Shown here one piece after another: positions 26,021 to 35,634 of a DNA stretch of 46,767 bases (positions are counted from its first letter, which is position 1; each line of letters starts with the position of its first letter). The notes under the pieces were generated by a model. It saw only the letters and a program-made list of their open reading frames with translations, was not told the origin of the DNA and made no database searches. This stretch comes from a virus: the IMG/VR virus record IMGVR_UViG_2751185817_000001, one strand, 5' to 3'. The position numbers were made by a program, and so were the translations under genes.

Positions 26021-29000
26021 ATGATGATTGACGGCGACGAGCTTGTTCGCGGCTCCAAGGGCGGTGGCAAGGGTAAAGGTGGTGGTAGCGGTTCGAACGC
26101 AAGCAATACGCTGCGCTCGAAGGCGCGCGCCCGCTGGGTCGAGATCGTCTCTGAAGGTCCGTGCGTCGGTCTCGTCGCTGACGGCGTGGCGCTCACCGAT
26201 GCTGAAGCAGGCCGCGGCGTCTATTTCGAGCAGACGCCCGTCAAGAATGAGACCGGCGTTGAGAACTTCAAGAACGTTCTCATCACGCAGCGCAAGGGCT
26301 ATCCCGACCAGGAACACCTGACCGGATTTCCGCAGGTTGAAACGCCATTCCAGGTCGACACGCAGGTCAAATACAGCACCGGCCCCGTTCTTCGCACTAT
26401 CAACGAAGAGAACGCCGATGCCGTGCGCGTTGTCGTTCGACTGCCGTCACTCGTTCGTCAGGACGAAAAGAGCGGCAAGCTGAAGACGACCTCGGTCTCC
26501 TATGAAATTGAGGTGCGCGGTCATCAGGGCGAGTGGCAGTCCGCGCACGTTGAGCACCTGGTCAATCAGAAGACGACCTCGGCCGTGCAGCGCGCTCACC
26601 GGATCGAACTGCCGCTCGGTGGTTGCCCCTGGGATCTGCGTGTTCGCCGCCTGTCGCCTGACAGCACTGAAGATACGGTTGCGAACGACACCTATTTCGA
26701 GAGCTACACGGTTCTCGTCGAGGGTAAGTTCACCTATCCGCACACTGCGCTGGTCGCCATGGAAGTCAACGCCGAGGATATGGGTCAGTCCATCCCGGCG
26801 CGTAACTATCGCTACCGCGGCTTGATCATCTCGGTTCCGAAGAACTACGATCCGATCGCTCGCACCTATAACGGCCCTTGGGACGGCACTTTCAAGCAGG
26901 CGTGGACCAATAACCCGGCCTGGATCTTTTACGACCTTCTGACCAACGATCGCTATGGTTTGGGCGAGTTTGTCTCGGCGCAGATCGTCGACAAGTGGTC
27001 GCTCTACGCGATTGCCCAGTATTGCGATCAGCAGGTCAAGACGGGCTTCAAGAACTTCACGACCGGCGCTGACCTCTATGAGCCCCGCTACACCTTCAAC
27101 GGCGTTCTGCGGTCGCGTGAGGATGCCTGGCGCGTGCTTCAGCAGATCTCGACGGCATGGCGCGGCATGGCCTACTGGTCGCTCGGCCAGGTCTTTGCGA
27201 CTGCCGACATGCCGGAGGATCCGGTTAAGCTGTTCTCGCCGGCAAACGTCCTCGGTGCCGAGTTCAACTATTCGGGAACCTCGCAGAAGGCGCGCCACAC
27301 GGTCGCGCTCGTGACCTACAACAATCCCGACGACTTCTATCGCTCCGACATCGAGCCGGTCGTCAACGACGAGGGGCTTCAGCGCTGGGGCTGGCGTGAG
27401 AAGGCTGTGCAGCTTCAGGGCTGCACCTCGCGTGCGCTCGCGCATCGCTACGGCAAGTGGATCCTCGATGTCGAGCAGAACGAGACCGAGACGGTTGATT
27501 TCGCGACCTCCTGGGACGCGACCGACGTTCGACCGGGTAACATCATTGCGATCGCCGATCCTGCAAAGGCGCAGGTGCGCATCGGTGGTCGTCTGAAGGC
27601 TGCCGAGGAAACTCAGCTCTGGCTCGATGGTCCCTTCAAGCCTACGCTCGGCGCGACCTACCAGATCTACGTCACCCTGCCGAACGGCGAGGTGAAGCTG
27701 TGCAACATCGCCTCCTTCGCAAATGAGATCTTCGAGGAAGGTGAGAGCGTCGGTTACGACCGCATTGTTCTCGCCCAGCCGCTCGACGATCTACCGCTGG
27801 TCAACTCGATGTGGATCATGCGCGGCACGGACGTGCAACCGCGCCAATACCGCGTGCTGACCATCAAGGAAGACAGCAAGAACACCTTTAAAATCACAGC
27901 GCTATTCCACGACCCGAACAAATACGCTCGCGTCGAGGATATGCGCACGCTCCAGCCGATCCAGTATACGCGCCCGAAGAATGAAAGCCTGCCGGTCGAA
28001 AATCTGCGCGTCGACGAAGTCAGCTACATCGAGAACGGTCTCCCGAAGTCGACGCTCACGCTGTCCTGGACGAACCCGCGCGATTTCCTGACCAAGGAAT
28101 ACGAAGTCGCGATGCTGTCGGAATCGACCGGCTATAACATCGTCGGCACGACCAAGAACAACTCGATCGACATCACCGAACTGCCGACCGGCGATTACAC
28201 TTTCTACGTCTACGCGATCAGCCACTCGTCGATGCGCTCACAGCCGGCGACGATCGTCTATGAGATTGCCGGCTGGGCGATCGCTGCCGGCCCGACGGTC
28301 TCCGACCTCAAACTCGAGGGCTCGGAAAACGGCATTCACTTCTCCGGCAAGGTCGCTAACGTCACCTGGCAGAACAACTTCGCCGAAAGCACCGCGCAGA
28401 GCGCGACCGGCTCGTCCGTTGCGAACGTCCGCAGCCCGTTCTACGCCTTCAACACTGTGAAGGTCTGGGATGTGACCTCGGGCAAGCTCCTGCGCACCCA
28501 GAAGGTCGAGACGACCAACTACGGCTATACGCTGGAGATGAATGCGGCTGATGCGAAGCTTGCGGGACTGACCGGTCCTACCCGCACGCTGCGCTTCGAC
28601 GTAACGGTTACGGACACGCTTCAGCGACAGAGCAACCCGGCGACGATCACTGTCTCCAACCCGGTTCCGGCTGTCTTCAATCCCGCCTTCTTCGTCGCGG
28701 TGAAGAATATTCACCTGTCCTGGCCGGCTCAGGTAGATGACGATTTCGCAGGCGTTCTGGTCTGGGTCGAGAAGAACGACACCTTCGACCCCTACACGAC
28801 CGCGCCGCGCTATGATGGTAGGGGTGGCTCCTTCGTCTTTCCTGGCGAGGAGCTGACGACTTACTTTATCCGTGTTGCGGCCTATGACGCCTTCGGCAAG
28901 ACCGGCCTGAATATCTCGCCGCCCTTGCAGGTCGCCACCGAGCTTGAATTTGACATGACCCCGCCTGGGGTGCCGACCGGCCTTGCCGCGACCTCGGTCG

Positions 29001-31189
29001 TTGCAAACGGCATCGCGCGCGTTACGGTCACTTGGGATGCCAATACCGAAGAAGACATGGCTGCCTATGACCTGCAGATTAAGCAGGGCTCGGGCAACTA
29101 CGTCAGCTTCCCGGTCGCAAACGGCCCGTTCGAGTTCGACGGTATTCCGGCTGTCACATATAAGATCAAGATCCGCGCCCGCGACCGCAACACCAATGTG
29201 TCGAACTACTCCGCAGAGATCATGCATGTCGCAGCGAAGGACACGACGCCGCCTGCTGCGCCGACCGACTTCACAGTCACTCCCGGCCTGACCTCGCTGT
29301 GGCTGTCGTGGGTCAATCCGACCGACGCTGACCTGGCGATCATCGAGATCCTTGAGGGCACGACGAACGTCTCGGCCGATGCCGTTGTTATCGCAAACTC
29401 GATCGGCACGAGCTTCCCGCGCACTGGCCTCGCGCACAACACGACGCGCTACTACTGGCTGCGTGCGGTCGATACGTCTGGCAACAAGTCTGGCCTGACT
29501 GCGGTCTCGTCTGCCCAGACCGCAGTCATGCCTGATCCGAAGCGCATGACCATTGTTGGTCTGACGCTGACGCCGAACTCGCCGTCCGCAAACAAGGTCG
29601 CCTGGACGAGCTTCGACGTTTCTGTTGGTTCACAGCTCTCTGGCACGACGACCAAGACTGTCGTGGCCGGCAATGCAACTTGGACCGCTGGCTCGCTCTA
29701 CCTCTACTACGTCGAGGGTGAGACGACGCTGCGCACCACGACCTCGATCTCGGCGATCTTTACGGTAGGCGGCTTCCCGGTCGGCGTTTATCGCGGTGGA
29801 ACCGACGTGCAGATGGCCGATGGCAAGGTCATGCAGGATGGTAACAACATTCTGGCCGGCACCATCGGCGCTCAGCAGCTCGTTGCTAACGACGCGATCA
29901 TCACTGGCTCTGTCCAGATTGGCGACGCCGTTATCACCTCGGCGAAGATCCTGTCGCTTTCCGCCGACAAGCTCCAGGCCAATACGACGATCTCCAACTC
30001 GATCATCGTCGGTGGTGGAGACACGCTCGGCACGGTTCGCGACCGCGCGTCGAACCCGGCTGCCCGCATCAACGCCGCTTCCACGCTGATTGATCCTGGC
30101 CGCGTCCGGATCTCCAACAATGGCACGATTGCCAACTGGGCGATGGGCGGTGACTCGACCGAGATCAACGGTGGTGCGATCGCTGCAAACACCCTTGCCG
30201 CGAATGCCGCGATCATCGGTATGCGCAATATCTCGCTCGATGGCGTGCAGTTCGAACACAACGCGCCGGCCCTGAACCGCGCGAGCTGGACGGCCGGCAC
30301 CATCAGCTACGTCAACGACGCCGGCACGCCTACGACGCGATCGATCGCTGCTGGTTCGACGGGCGTCTGGTCGTCCGGCACCATGTATGTCTACTGGGTG
30401 AAGGACGCGACCTCACTCTCGGTTACGACCAACGTTGCGACTGCGTTCGCATCCAACTGCATCGTGCTTGCCACCTACCGCGGTGGTGACACGATGAACG
30501 CGACCTATGGTCGGACGGTCATTGACGGTGGCAATGTTAAAGTTGACAGCCTGACTGGCGACCGCCTGAAATTCAACCAGCTCAACGGCAACCACCTGCA
30601 GGCGAACTCCATCGCGAGTGTTCACGTCCAAACGCAGGCGATCGAAAGTATTCACGTCAAGGCAAAGGCAATCAACGGTGAGCATATTACCGCTGACAGG
30701 ATCGATGCGCGCGTGCTCGTTCAAGACGGCTCGTTGATCACGGATCTGATCGCCAACAACGCCGTTACTCAGGGCGCGGGTATGTATGGCGGGGGCGCTA
30801 TTGGCCTTTCGGTCCCCAGCGTGGATTATAGCATCGGAACCATCTCCGTTTACAACCCGACCGGTGCTCCGATCATCTTTAATGCCGACGTTATCGCGAC
30901 GTGCTCTGCCAGGTCGACAAACGACGGTGGATCTGTCGGGATCGACCTCATTGTTGATGCGAGGCGAAACGGCGCAACGTTGCGCAGTCAGTCGGTTGGG
31001 GCGAACTCGTCGAGCAACACCACCTACACTGGAACTGACAAGTTCCTTCTGAGCTTCTACGACAGTGCTCCTGGCGCCGGAACGATCACCTACGAACTCA
31101 TGGCTCGCATTGGCCACAGCGGCGGTAACGGAACGCGCTCGGCAAACTGCAGGGAGCGTTTTATGTCGGCCCTCTTGATTAAGAAGTGA
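26021..31189 (+). CDS. central tail fibre / host specificity protein (gpJ-like) with FN3 domains
   Basis: SEGP..GL, YPHTAL, WDGTFKQAWTNNPAW and EPRYTFNG motifs; P..PTGL / P.APTDF FN3 starts. Confidence 0.92.
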   Translation: MMIDGDELVRGSKGGGKGKGGGSGSNASNTLRSKARARWVEIVSEGPCVGLVADGVALTDAEAGRGVYFEQTPVKNETGVENFKNVLITQRKGYPDQEHLTGFPQVETPFQVDTQVKYSTGPVLRTINEENADAVRVVVRLPSLVRQDEKSGKLKTTSVSYEIEVRGHQGEWQSAHVEHLVNQKTTSAVQRAHRIELPLGGCPWDLRVRRLSPDSTEDTVANDTYFESYTVLVEGKFTYPHTALVAMEVNAEDMGQSIPARNYRYRGLIISVPKNYDPIARTYNGPWDGTFKQAWTNNPAWIFYDLLTNDRYGLGEFVSAQIVDKWSLYAIAQYCDQQVKTGFKNFTTGADLYEPRYTFNGVLRSREDAWRVLQQISTAWRGMAYWSLGQVFATADMPEDPVKLFSPANVLGAEFNYSGTSQKARHTVALVTYNNPDDFYRSDIEPVVNDEGLQRWGWREKAVQLQGCTSRALAHRYGKWILDVEQNETETVDFATSWDATDVRPGNIIAIADPAKAQVRIGGRLKAAEETQLWLDGPFKPTLGATYQIYVTLPNGEVKLCNIASFANEIFEEGESVGYDRIVLAQPLDDLPLVNSMWIMRGTDVQPRQYRVLTIKEDSKNTFKITALFHDPNKYARVEDMRTLQPIQYTRPKNESLPVENLRVDEVSYIENGLPKSTLTLSWTNPRDFLTKEYEVAMLSESTGYNIVGTTKNNSIDITELPTGDYTFYVYAISHSSMRSQPATIVYEIAGWAIAAGPTVSDLKLEGSENGIHFSGKVANVTWQNNFAESTAQSATGSSVANVRSPFYAFNTVKVWDVTSGKLLRTQKVETTNYGYTLEMNAADAKLAGLTGPTRTLRFDVTVTDTLQRQSNPATITVSNPVPAVFNPAFFVAVKNIHLSWPAQVDDDFAGVLVWVEKNDTFDPYTTAPRYDGRGGSFVFPGEELTTYFIRVAAYDAFGKTGLNISPPLQVATELEFDMTPPGVPTGLAATSVVANGIARVTVTWDANTEEDMAAYDLQIKQGSGNYVSFPVANGPFEFDGIPAVTYKIKIRARDRNTNVSNYSAEIMHVAAKDTTPPAAPTDFTVTPGLTSLWLSWVNPTDADLAIIEILEGTTNVSADAVVIANSIGTSFPRTGLAHNTTRYYWLRAVDTSGNKSGLTAVSSAQTAVMPDPKRMTIVGLTLTPNSPSANKVAWTSFDVSVGSQLSGTTTKTVVAGNATWTAGSLYLYYVEGETTLRTTTSISAIFTVGGFPVGVYRGGTDVQMADGKVMQDGNNILAGTIGAQQLVANDAIITGSVQIGDAVITSAKILSLSADKLQANTTISNSIIVGGGDTLGTVRDRASNPAARINAASTLIDPGRVRISNNGTIANWAMGGDSTEINGGAIAANTLAANAAIIGMRNISLDGVQFEHNAPALNRASWTAGTISYVNDAGTPTTRSIAAGSTGVWSSGTMYVYWVKDATSLSVTTNVATAFASNCIVLATYRGGDTMNATYGRTVIDGGNVKVDSLTGDRLKFNQLNGNHLQANSIASVHVQTQAIESIHVKAKAINGEHITADRIDARVLVQDGSLITDLIANNAVTQGAGMYGGGAIGLSVPSVDYSIGTISVYNPTGAPIIFNADVIATCSARSTNDGGSVGIDLIVDARRNGATLRSQSVGANSSSNTTYTGTDKFLLSFYDSAPGAGTITYELMARIGHSGGNGTRSANCRERFMSALLIKK

Positions 31190-31193
31190 ACCA

Positions 31194-31607
31194 ATGAGCG
31201 AAGAACAAATCGACCCGCAAATGACTGTAAATTTCACCATCTTTGATCCTGTAACGGGCAGGATTGACCGAACCGGCTTCTGTGTCTTCGCAGACGTGGA
31301 GCTTCAGAAGAGGCAGGGCGAGGGGTTGATTTTGGGCAGCGCCGACGACGTGACTCAGTATGTCCTCGATGACGTGATCACCGATCGACCTGCATTCTCA
31401 ATCTCCAAGACGCAGATTGCAGCCGACGATGTGGATGAGGCGGTCATGCATGGCCTGCCGGACCCTGTTGTCGTTAAAATCGATGATGTGGAGCATGAGG
31501 TGGCGGGAGGCTCGATCTCGATCAGCTCGCCCATGCCGGCGACCTACCGCATCGAGATCGACCACTGGCCTTATTTACCCTTCAACGCGGAGATTGTTGC
31601 ATCGTGA
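31194..31607 (+). CDS. hypothetical tail-tip associated protein
   Basis: ORF directly after J; overlaps the next gene. Confidence 0.65.
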   Translation: MSEEQIDPQMTVNFTIFDPVTGRIDRTGFCVFADVELQKRQGEGLILGSADDVTQYVLDDVITDRPAFSISKTQIAADDVDEAVMHGLPDPVVVKIDDVEHEVAGGSISISSPMPATYRIEIDHWPYLPFNAEIVAS

Positions 31608-32011
31608 AGCTCTCTATTGCCAAGGATCTGACACCTATCCGCGATGTGGCCTATCGAACCATTGATGCGTTCGCCGGCGTTAGTCGATCGAGCTACATCA
31701 CGGTCGCTCCCGGTCAGGAGATGGTCTACACCCAGAAGGAGAAGGAGGCCGAGATGATCACGGCCGATCCTTCGATCTCCCCAAGCCTGGTGCCGCACCT
31801 GGCAGCCGAAGCCATCATGAATGGCGTCAATCTGCTCGACCAGGCTGCAATCGTTTTGTCGCTGGCTCACGGCTGGCGTCAGGTCTCCGTTCTGATCGAA
31901 ACCACACGGCTCGACATTAAGGCGAGGGTAGGGGTGGCAACCACGCCTGCCGCAATCGACGCCCTCGTCGGTGAGGCCAGAACGACACTATCGGCACTTA
32001 GCGCAGCCTGA
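31604..32011 (+). CDS. hypothetical tail fibre assembly-like protein
   Basis: ID..AG..R..YIT..PGQ..VY..K..EA pattern typical of fibre-associated proteins. Confidence 0.65.
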   Translation: MKLSIAKDLTPIRDVAYRTIDAFAGVSRSSYITVAPGQEMVYTQKEKEAEMITADPSISPSLVPHLAAEAIMNGVNLLDQAAIVLSLAHGWRQVSVLIETTRLDIKARVGVATTPAAIDALVGEARTTLSALSAA

Positions 32012-32015
32012 TCGG

Positions 32016-32064
32016 TTGCCAGGGGATTTCGCCGCGTCTATAATGGTAAATCAATATTGACTTA
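32016..32064 (+). promoter_or_regulatory. strong lysis-cassette promoter followed by operator
   Basis: TTGCCA-17bp-TATAAT; TAAATCAATATTGACTTA at 32047-32064. Confidence 0.85.
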
Positions 32065-32091
32065 CCATGTTCGCGCTCGGGATCCACTGTC

Positions 32092-32406
32092 ATGGCCGCT
32101 ATGCCCTCCTTTAAAGTGAACGGTGCGACGATCAGCTTCGTCGCGGGAATGATCGGTCTTGCGACTGTTGGTTGGAATGCTGTCGCCTACTTCAAGGGCA
32201 TCGAGCAGAAGAACCAGGAACAGGACATTCGTCTCGATCGCACCGACGAGGACCGCAAGGCCACTAAGGAGCTGACGCAGAAGACCGGCGAGTTGAAAGA
32301 GGCCGTGGTCAAGCTGACGACGGTTATCGAAACGAATGGGGTCACCAAGCGCGCCGATTACATCGTGCCGAATATCCCGCGACAGACCACAGAAGAGGTG
32401 CAGTAA
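32092..32406 (+). CDS. membrane-anchored coiled-coil lysis-cassette protein (holin/antiholin-like)
   Basis: One N-terminal hydrophobic helix, then a coiled coil; first gene of the cassette. Confidence 0.55.
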   Translation: MAAMPSFKVNGATISFVAGMIGLATVGWNAVAYFKGIEQKNQEQDIRLDRTDEDRKATKELTQKTGELKEAVVKLTTVIETNGVTKRADYIVPNIPRQTTEEVQ

Positions 32407-32646
32407 ATGAAGCTGCACCGCGACTGGAAGAAGATTCTCAAGAACTCCTGGAACGTCCGGATTATCGCCGCTGCCGCGATCCTGTCCGGCATCGAGGCGT
32501 TCATTCCCTTTCTGCCCGCCCTGATCAGCGTGCCTCCGATTGTGATGGCGCTACTGACCCCGCTCACTCTGATGGCCGCTCTCGTTGCGCGCCTCATCGC
32601 TCAGAAGACCATCTCTGGAGATCAAGATGAAGACCAGGCTTCGTAA
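32407..32646 (+). CDS. holin (putative, 2 TM)
   Basis: DWKKILKNSW...two hydrophobic helices...VARLIAQ; precedes the endolysin. Confidence 0.75.
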   Translation: MKLHRDWKKILKNSWNVRIIAAAAILSGIEAFIPFLPALISVPPIVMALLTPLTLMAALVARLIAQKTISGDQDEDQAS

Positions 32647-33109
32647 CGTTGTCGCAGGTGCCACGGCACTAACCGCGGCCGGCGCCATGTCCGTGCAAAC
32701 CGTCGGTGGGTTCGAGGGTCTGGTGCTCTACGCCTATCAGGACGTCGTGGGCATCTGGACTGCCTGCTACGGTGAGACCAAGGGTATCAAGCCCGGCATG
32801 CGCTTCTCGAAAGAGACCTGCAACAACATGCTGATCGATAGCCTGATCGAGCATGAGCAGGGCATGCGTAGATGCATGAAGGCGCCCGACAGTCTTTCTG
32901 ACAAGGTCTACGTCTCGCAGCTCTCGCTCGCCTACAACGTAGGCGTTGGCGCCTACTGCAAATCCACGATGCTGAAGAAGCTCAATGCCGGCGATATCCG
33001 CGGCGCATGCGGTGAGTTTGGCAAGTGGGTGAAGGCCGGTGGTCGGACCATCAAGGGTCTCGTGACGCGCCGTGCGGCTGAAACCAAGCTTTGCCTGGCG
33101 GGTGTCTGA
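32627..33109 (+). CDS. endolysin, GH24 lysozyme, probable SAR type
   Basis: E-X8-D-X5-T triad (EGLVLYAYQDVVGIWT); Ala/Gly-rich N-terminal anchor; GLVTRRAAE. Confidence 0.92.
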   Translation: MKTRLRNVVAGATALTAAGAMSVQTVGGFEGLVLYAYQDVVGIWTACYGETKGIKPGMRFSKETCNNMLIDSLIEHEQGMRRCMKAPDSLSDKVYVSQLSLAYNVGVGAYCKSTMLKKLNAGDIRGACGEFGKWVKAGGRTIKGLVTRRAAETKLCLAGV

Positions 33110-33453
33110 TGCTGAAGGCGCTCATCTCCCCTTACCTCGGTTGGATCTATGGCGCGGTCGCCGTTGCGGCCGTCGCTGGAGCAATCTTCACCTACCACGC
33201 CATCTACGAACGCGGCTGGGACGCGCGTGGGGTCGTCGCAGAACAGGAAAAAGAGGCGATGCGTCAGGCCAATGACCGCGCCATCGCCGCTGCTGAGAAA
33301 GGTCTGCGCGAGGATATCGCCGGCCTGGTCCTCGAAAAGAAACGTCTGGAGAATGAAAATGCCCGTCTCGATGCTGAAGCCGATCAAGATTCTGACGCTG
33401 GTGCTTGTGGCCTCAACCGCAACAGCGTGCAGCGTCTTAACGCCGTCCGTTAA
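33109..33453 (+). CDS. i-spanin (Rz-like)
   Basis: N-terminal TM, coiled coil, C-terminal Cys; TGATG overlap. Confidence 0.8.
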   Translation: MLKALISPYLGWIYGAVAVAAVAGAIFTYHAIYERGWDARGVVAEQEKEAMRQANDRAIAAAEKGLREDIAGLVLEKKRLENENARLDAEADQDSDAGACGLNRNSVQRLNAVR

Positions 33454-33661
33454 GGCTAAGATTGAGCTGCCGGCGCTGCCGATCGAGGTCAAAGACTGCG
33501 ACCGCCCGGTTCTCATTCCCGATCGTCGTATTGCCCAGGCTGAAACCGAGAAGCTTTGGCGCCGGGACCGCGCCGCTTTGAAAGCGTGCGACGATCAGAA
33601 CGGGATCCTCGTCGAGTATTATGACGATCTCCGGGAGAGTTTGGCTGCGACCGGAAAGTAA
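33359..33661 (+). CDS. o-spanin (Rz1-like lipoprotein)
   Basis: Overlaps the i-spanin 3' end; signal peptide with lipobox ATA-C; Pro-rich; WRRDRAALKAC. Confidence 0.8.
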   Translation: MPVSMLKPIKILTLVLVASTATACSVLTPSVKAKIELPALPIEVKDCDRPVLIPDRRIAQAETEKLWRRDRAALKACDDQNGILVEYYDDLRESLAATGK

Positions 33662-33735
33662 TCCGGTCCGTCTCTCATCTATGTATCTTTTACACTAATA
33701 GAGAATATACATACTATGAATGAAGCAGGACCGGA
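33662..33735. repeat. AT-rich imperfect inverted-repeat element, copy 2
   Basis: TCCGGTCC...58-bp core with TCATCTATGTAT / ATACATACTATGA arms...GGACCGGA. Confidence 0.8.
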
Positions 33736-35578
33736 AAAGACGCTTTCTTCTGAAGATCAGGCTTTCATCAGGGTCTACAACGATCCGGCGACTTATCCGT
33801 TCCTTGCTGACGTCGCCTATGAACTCAAGCTTTCATACCAAACTGTTCGGAACAAAGCCGCGATCATGCGCGGTCGAAAGCGCGCCGGCGAGAACGTTCC
33901 GGAGCTGATCTCGCGCGTTGGCGTCCGTAGTCCTTCCCAGCAGAAGGAGCCGGTCGATCCGATGATCCACGCCAATGCACGCGCAAATCTCCTGCGTGAG
34001 CAACTGCATGGTCTGCTTACATCGTCTCGCTATCCGGTGATCAACCCTGAAGCGCTCGTAGTCGAGGGCACGCTCAAGGAGCGCTACGACCGCACCTCTG
34101 GCGATCGCGAGAAGACCGAAGGTATCCCGCGCACCTGGCTGACCGATATCCTCAAGGTTGAAAGCGTCATCGACCCGCGCGGTCGCAAGTTCATACTGAC
34201 CGGCGCACAGAACGACTGCCCGATTGACGGCGACTTCTGGCAGAACCTTCAGGCCTACGCGCACTTCCTCGATGCCGATATCATCGTCGGGCCTGGCACC
34301 TATGAAACGCAGTGGTGGGCTGAGAACAACCCGGCTGTGCGCGCCTATGCGCCCGAGATTGAGGAGTTCCTCTGCTTCGGCCAAATGGAGCTCGGCGACA
34401 ACTTCGTCTTCGCCGGCGAGATGAACATGCTGCCGACGGCCAATCGACCGATCGGCGATCTCACGACCTACTCGCGCGGCAAGTGGACCGTGTTTCCGCA
34501 CGCGAAGATCCAGCTCAAGTCCGTTCCGACGCTCGATCCCTCGAAGCAAGCGCACCAGGTCATGACGACCGGCATGGTCACGCGTCCGAAGATCATTCCG
34601 CGCAAGGCCGGCATCAAGGCGCTCAGTCATCACAAGGTCGGCGCGGTGATCGTCGAGTTCAATCAGGCCGGCGATCCTTTCTGTCGTCACCTATTGGCCG
34701 ATACCGACGGCTCCTTCTATGACCTCGAGTTCTTCGTCAAAGATGGCGTGGTTGATATCGATGATGAGAGCGTCGATGTGGTCGTTCTTGGCGATCTGCA
34801 CAACGACAAGGCGGATCAGAGAAACTATGCTGCCACCTTCCGGCGCTCTGACAGCCTGGTGAAGACCCTTAATCCGAAGCGTGTTCTCGTCCACGACGTC
34901 TTCGATAACTACCGGCGCAACCATCACAACGTCCACGACAACGCTATGAGCTACGAAGTGGCTGTGCGTGACCGAGAAAGTGTCGCTGAAGAGGTGCTGG
35001 GAGTCGCACAGTTGCTCGCTGAGCTGCGTTCGACCACCAGCGTGACTGTCGTTGAGTCAAACCACGACATCGCTCTGGAGCGCTACGTGCGTGAAGGGCG
35101 CTATCGCAACGACGGTATCAATATTCGCTTTGGCCTTCAGCTCGAGGACGCCTACCTCGCCTGGCGCGAGGAGGTGGCTCAGGATCTCGACGCCGGCCGC
35201 AGCCCGCGCTCCTTCTCCCTTCTCCAGCATGCCGTCAATCTTGTTGCTGACAAGCACGGCGTCGATGTTTCAGAAGTGGATTGGGTGCACGACGGTCAGA
35301 GCTACGTGATCAACGGCGTTGAATGCGGCCATCACGGCTTCCGTGGCGCCAATGGTGCTCGAGGAACGGTCGCAGGCTACGCGGCGCTTGGCCGGCCAAT
35401 GAACATCGGCGACAAACATTCGTCTGAGATCCTGGATGAGGTCTACGTCTCCGGCGTGAAGAACCTGCGCCAGGGATACAACAAGGGCCCGTCCGGCTGG
35501 ACCGTGACCGATACGGTTCAATACAAGAACGGCAAACGCACCCTCGTTACCTACCAGAATGGGGAATGGCGGGGCTAG
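33716..35578 (+). CDS. metallophosphoesterase-fold protein, T5 A1-like, with N-terminal HTH
   Basis: GDLH, HDVFD, SNHD, GHHG and GDKHS calcineurin-like motifs; AQN..P...FW.NL.AYA, GEMN.LPTA and KAG.KA..HH motifs recalled from the A1 family. Confidence 0.7.
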   Translation: MNEAGPEKTLSSEDQAFIRVYNDPATYPFLADVAYELKLSYQTVRNKAAIMRGRKRAGENVPELISRVGVRSPSQQKEPVDPMIHANARANLLREQLHGLLTSSRYPVINPEALVVEGTLKERYDRTSGDREKTEGIPRTWLTDILKVESVIDPRGRKFILTGAQNDCPIDGDFWQNLQAYAHFLDADIIVGPGTYETQWWAENNPAVRAYAPEIEEFLCFGQMELGDNFVFAGEMNMLPTANRPIGDLTTYSRGKWTVFPHAKIQLKSVPTLDPSKQAHQVMTTGMVTRPKIIPRKAGIKALSHHKVGAVIVEFNQAGDPFCRHLLADTDGSFYDLEFFVKDGVVDIDDESVDVVVLGDLHNDKADQRNYAATFRRSDSLVKTLNPKRVLVHDVFDNYRRNHHNVHDNAMSYEVAVRDRESVAEEVLGVAQLLAELRSTTSVTVVESNHDIALERYVREGRYRNDGINIRFGLQLEDAYLAWREEVAQDLDAGRSPRSFSLLQHAVNLVADKHGVDVSEVDWVHDGQSYVINGVECGHHGFRGANGARGTVAGYAALGRPMNIGDKHSSEILDEVYVSGVKNLRQGYNKGPSGWTVTDTVQYKNGKRTLVTYQNGEWRG

Positions 35579-35582
35579 TCGG

Positions 35583-35604
35583 TCAATCAATATTGATTTA
35601 CAAT
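35583..35604 (+). promoter_or_regulatory. operator with -10 box (fibre operon)
   Basis: TCAATCAATATTGATTTA at 35583-35600; TACAAT at 35599-35604; weak -35. Confidence 0.65.
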
Positions 35605-35634
35605 TGCGCCTAAGTTCTCGCTTGGGAGTAATAG

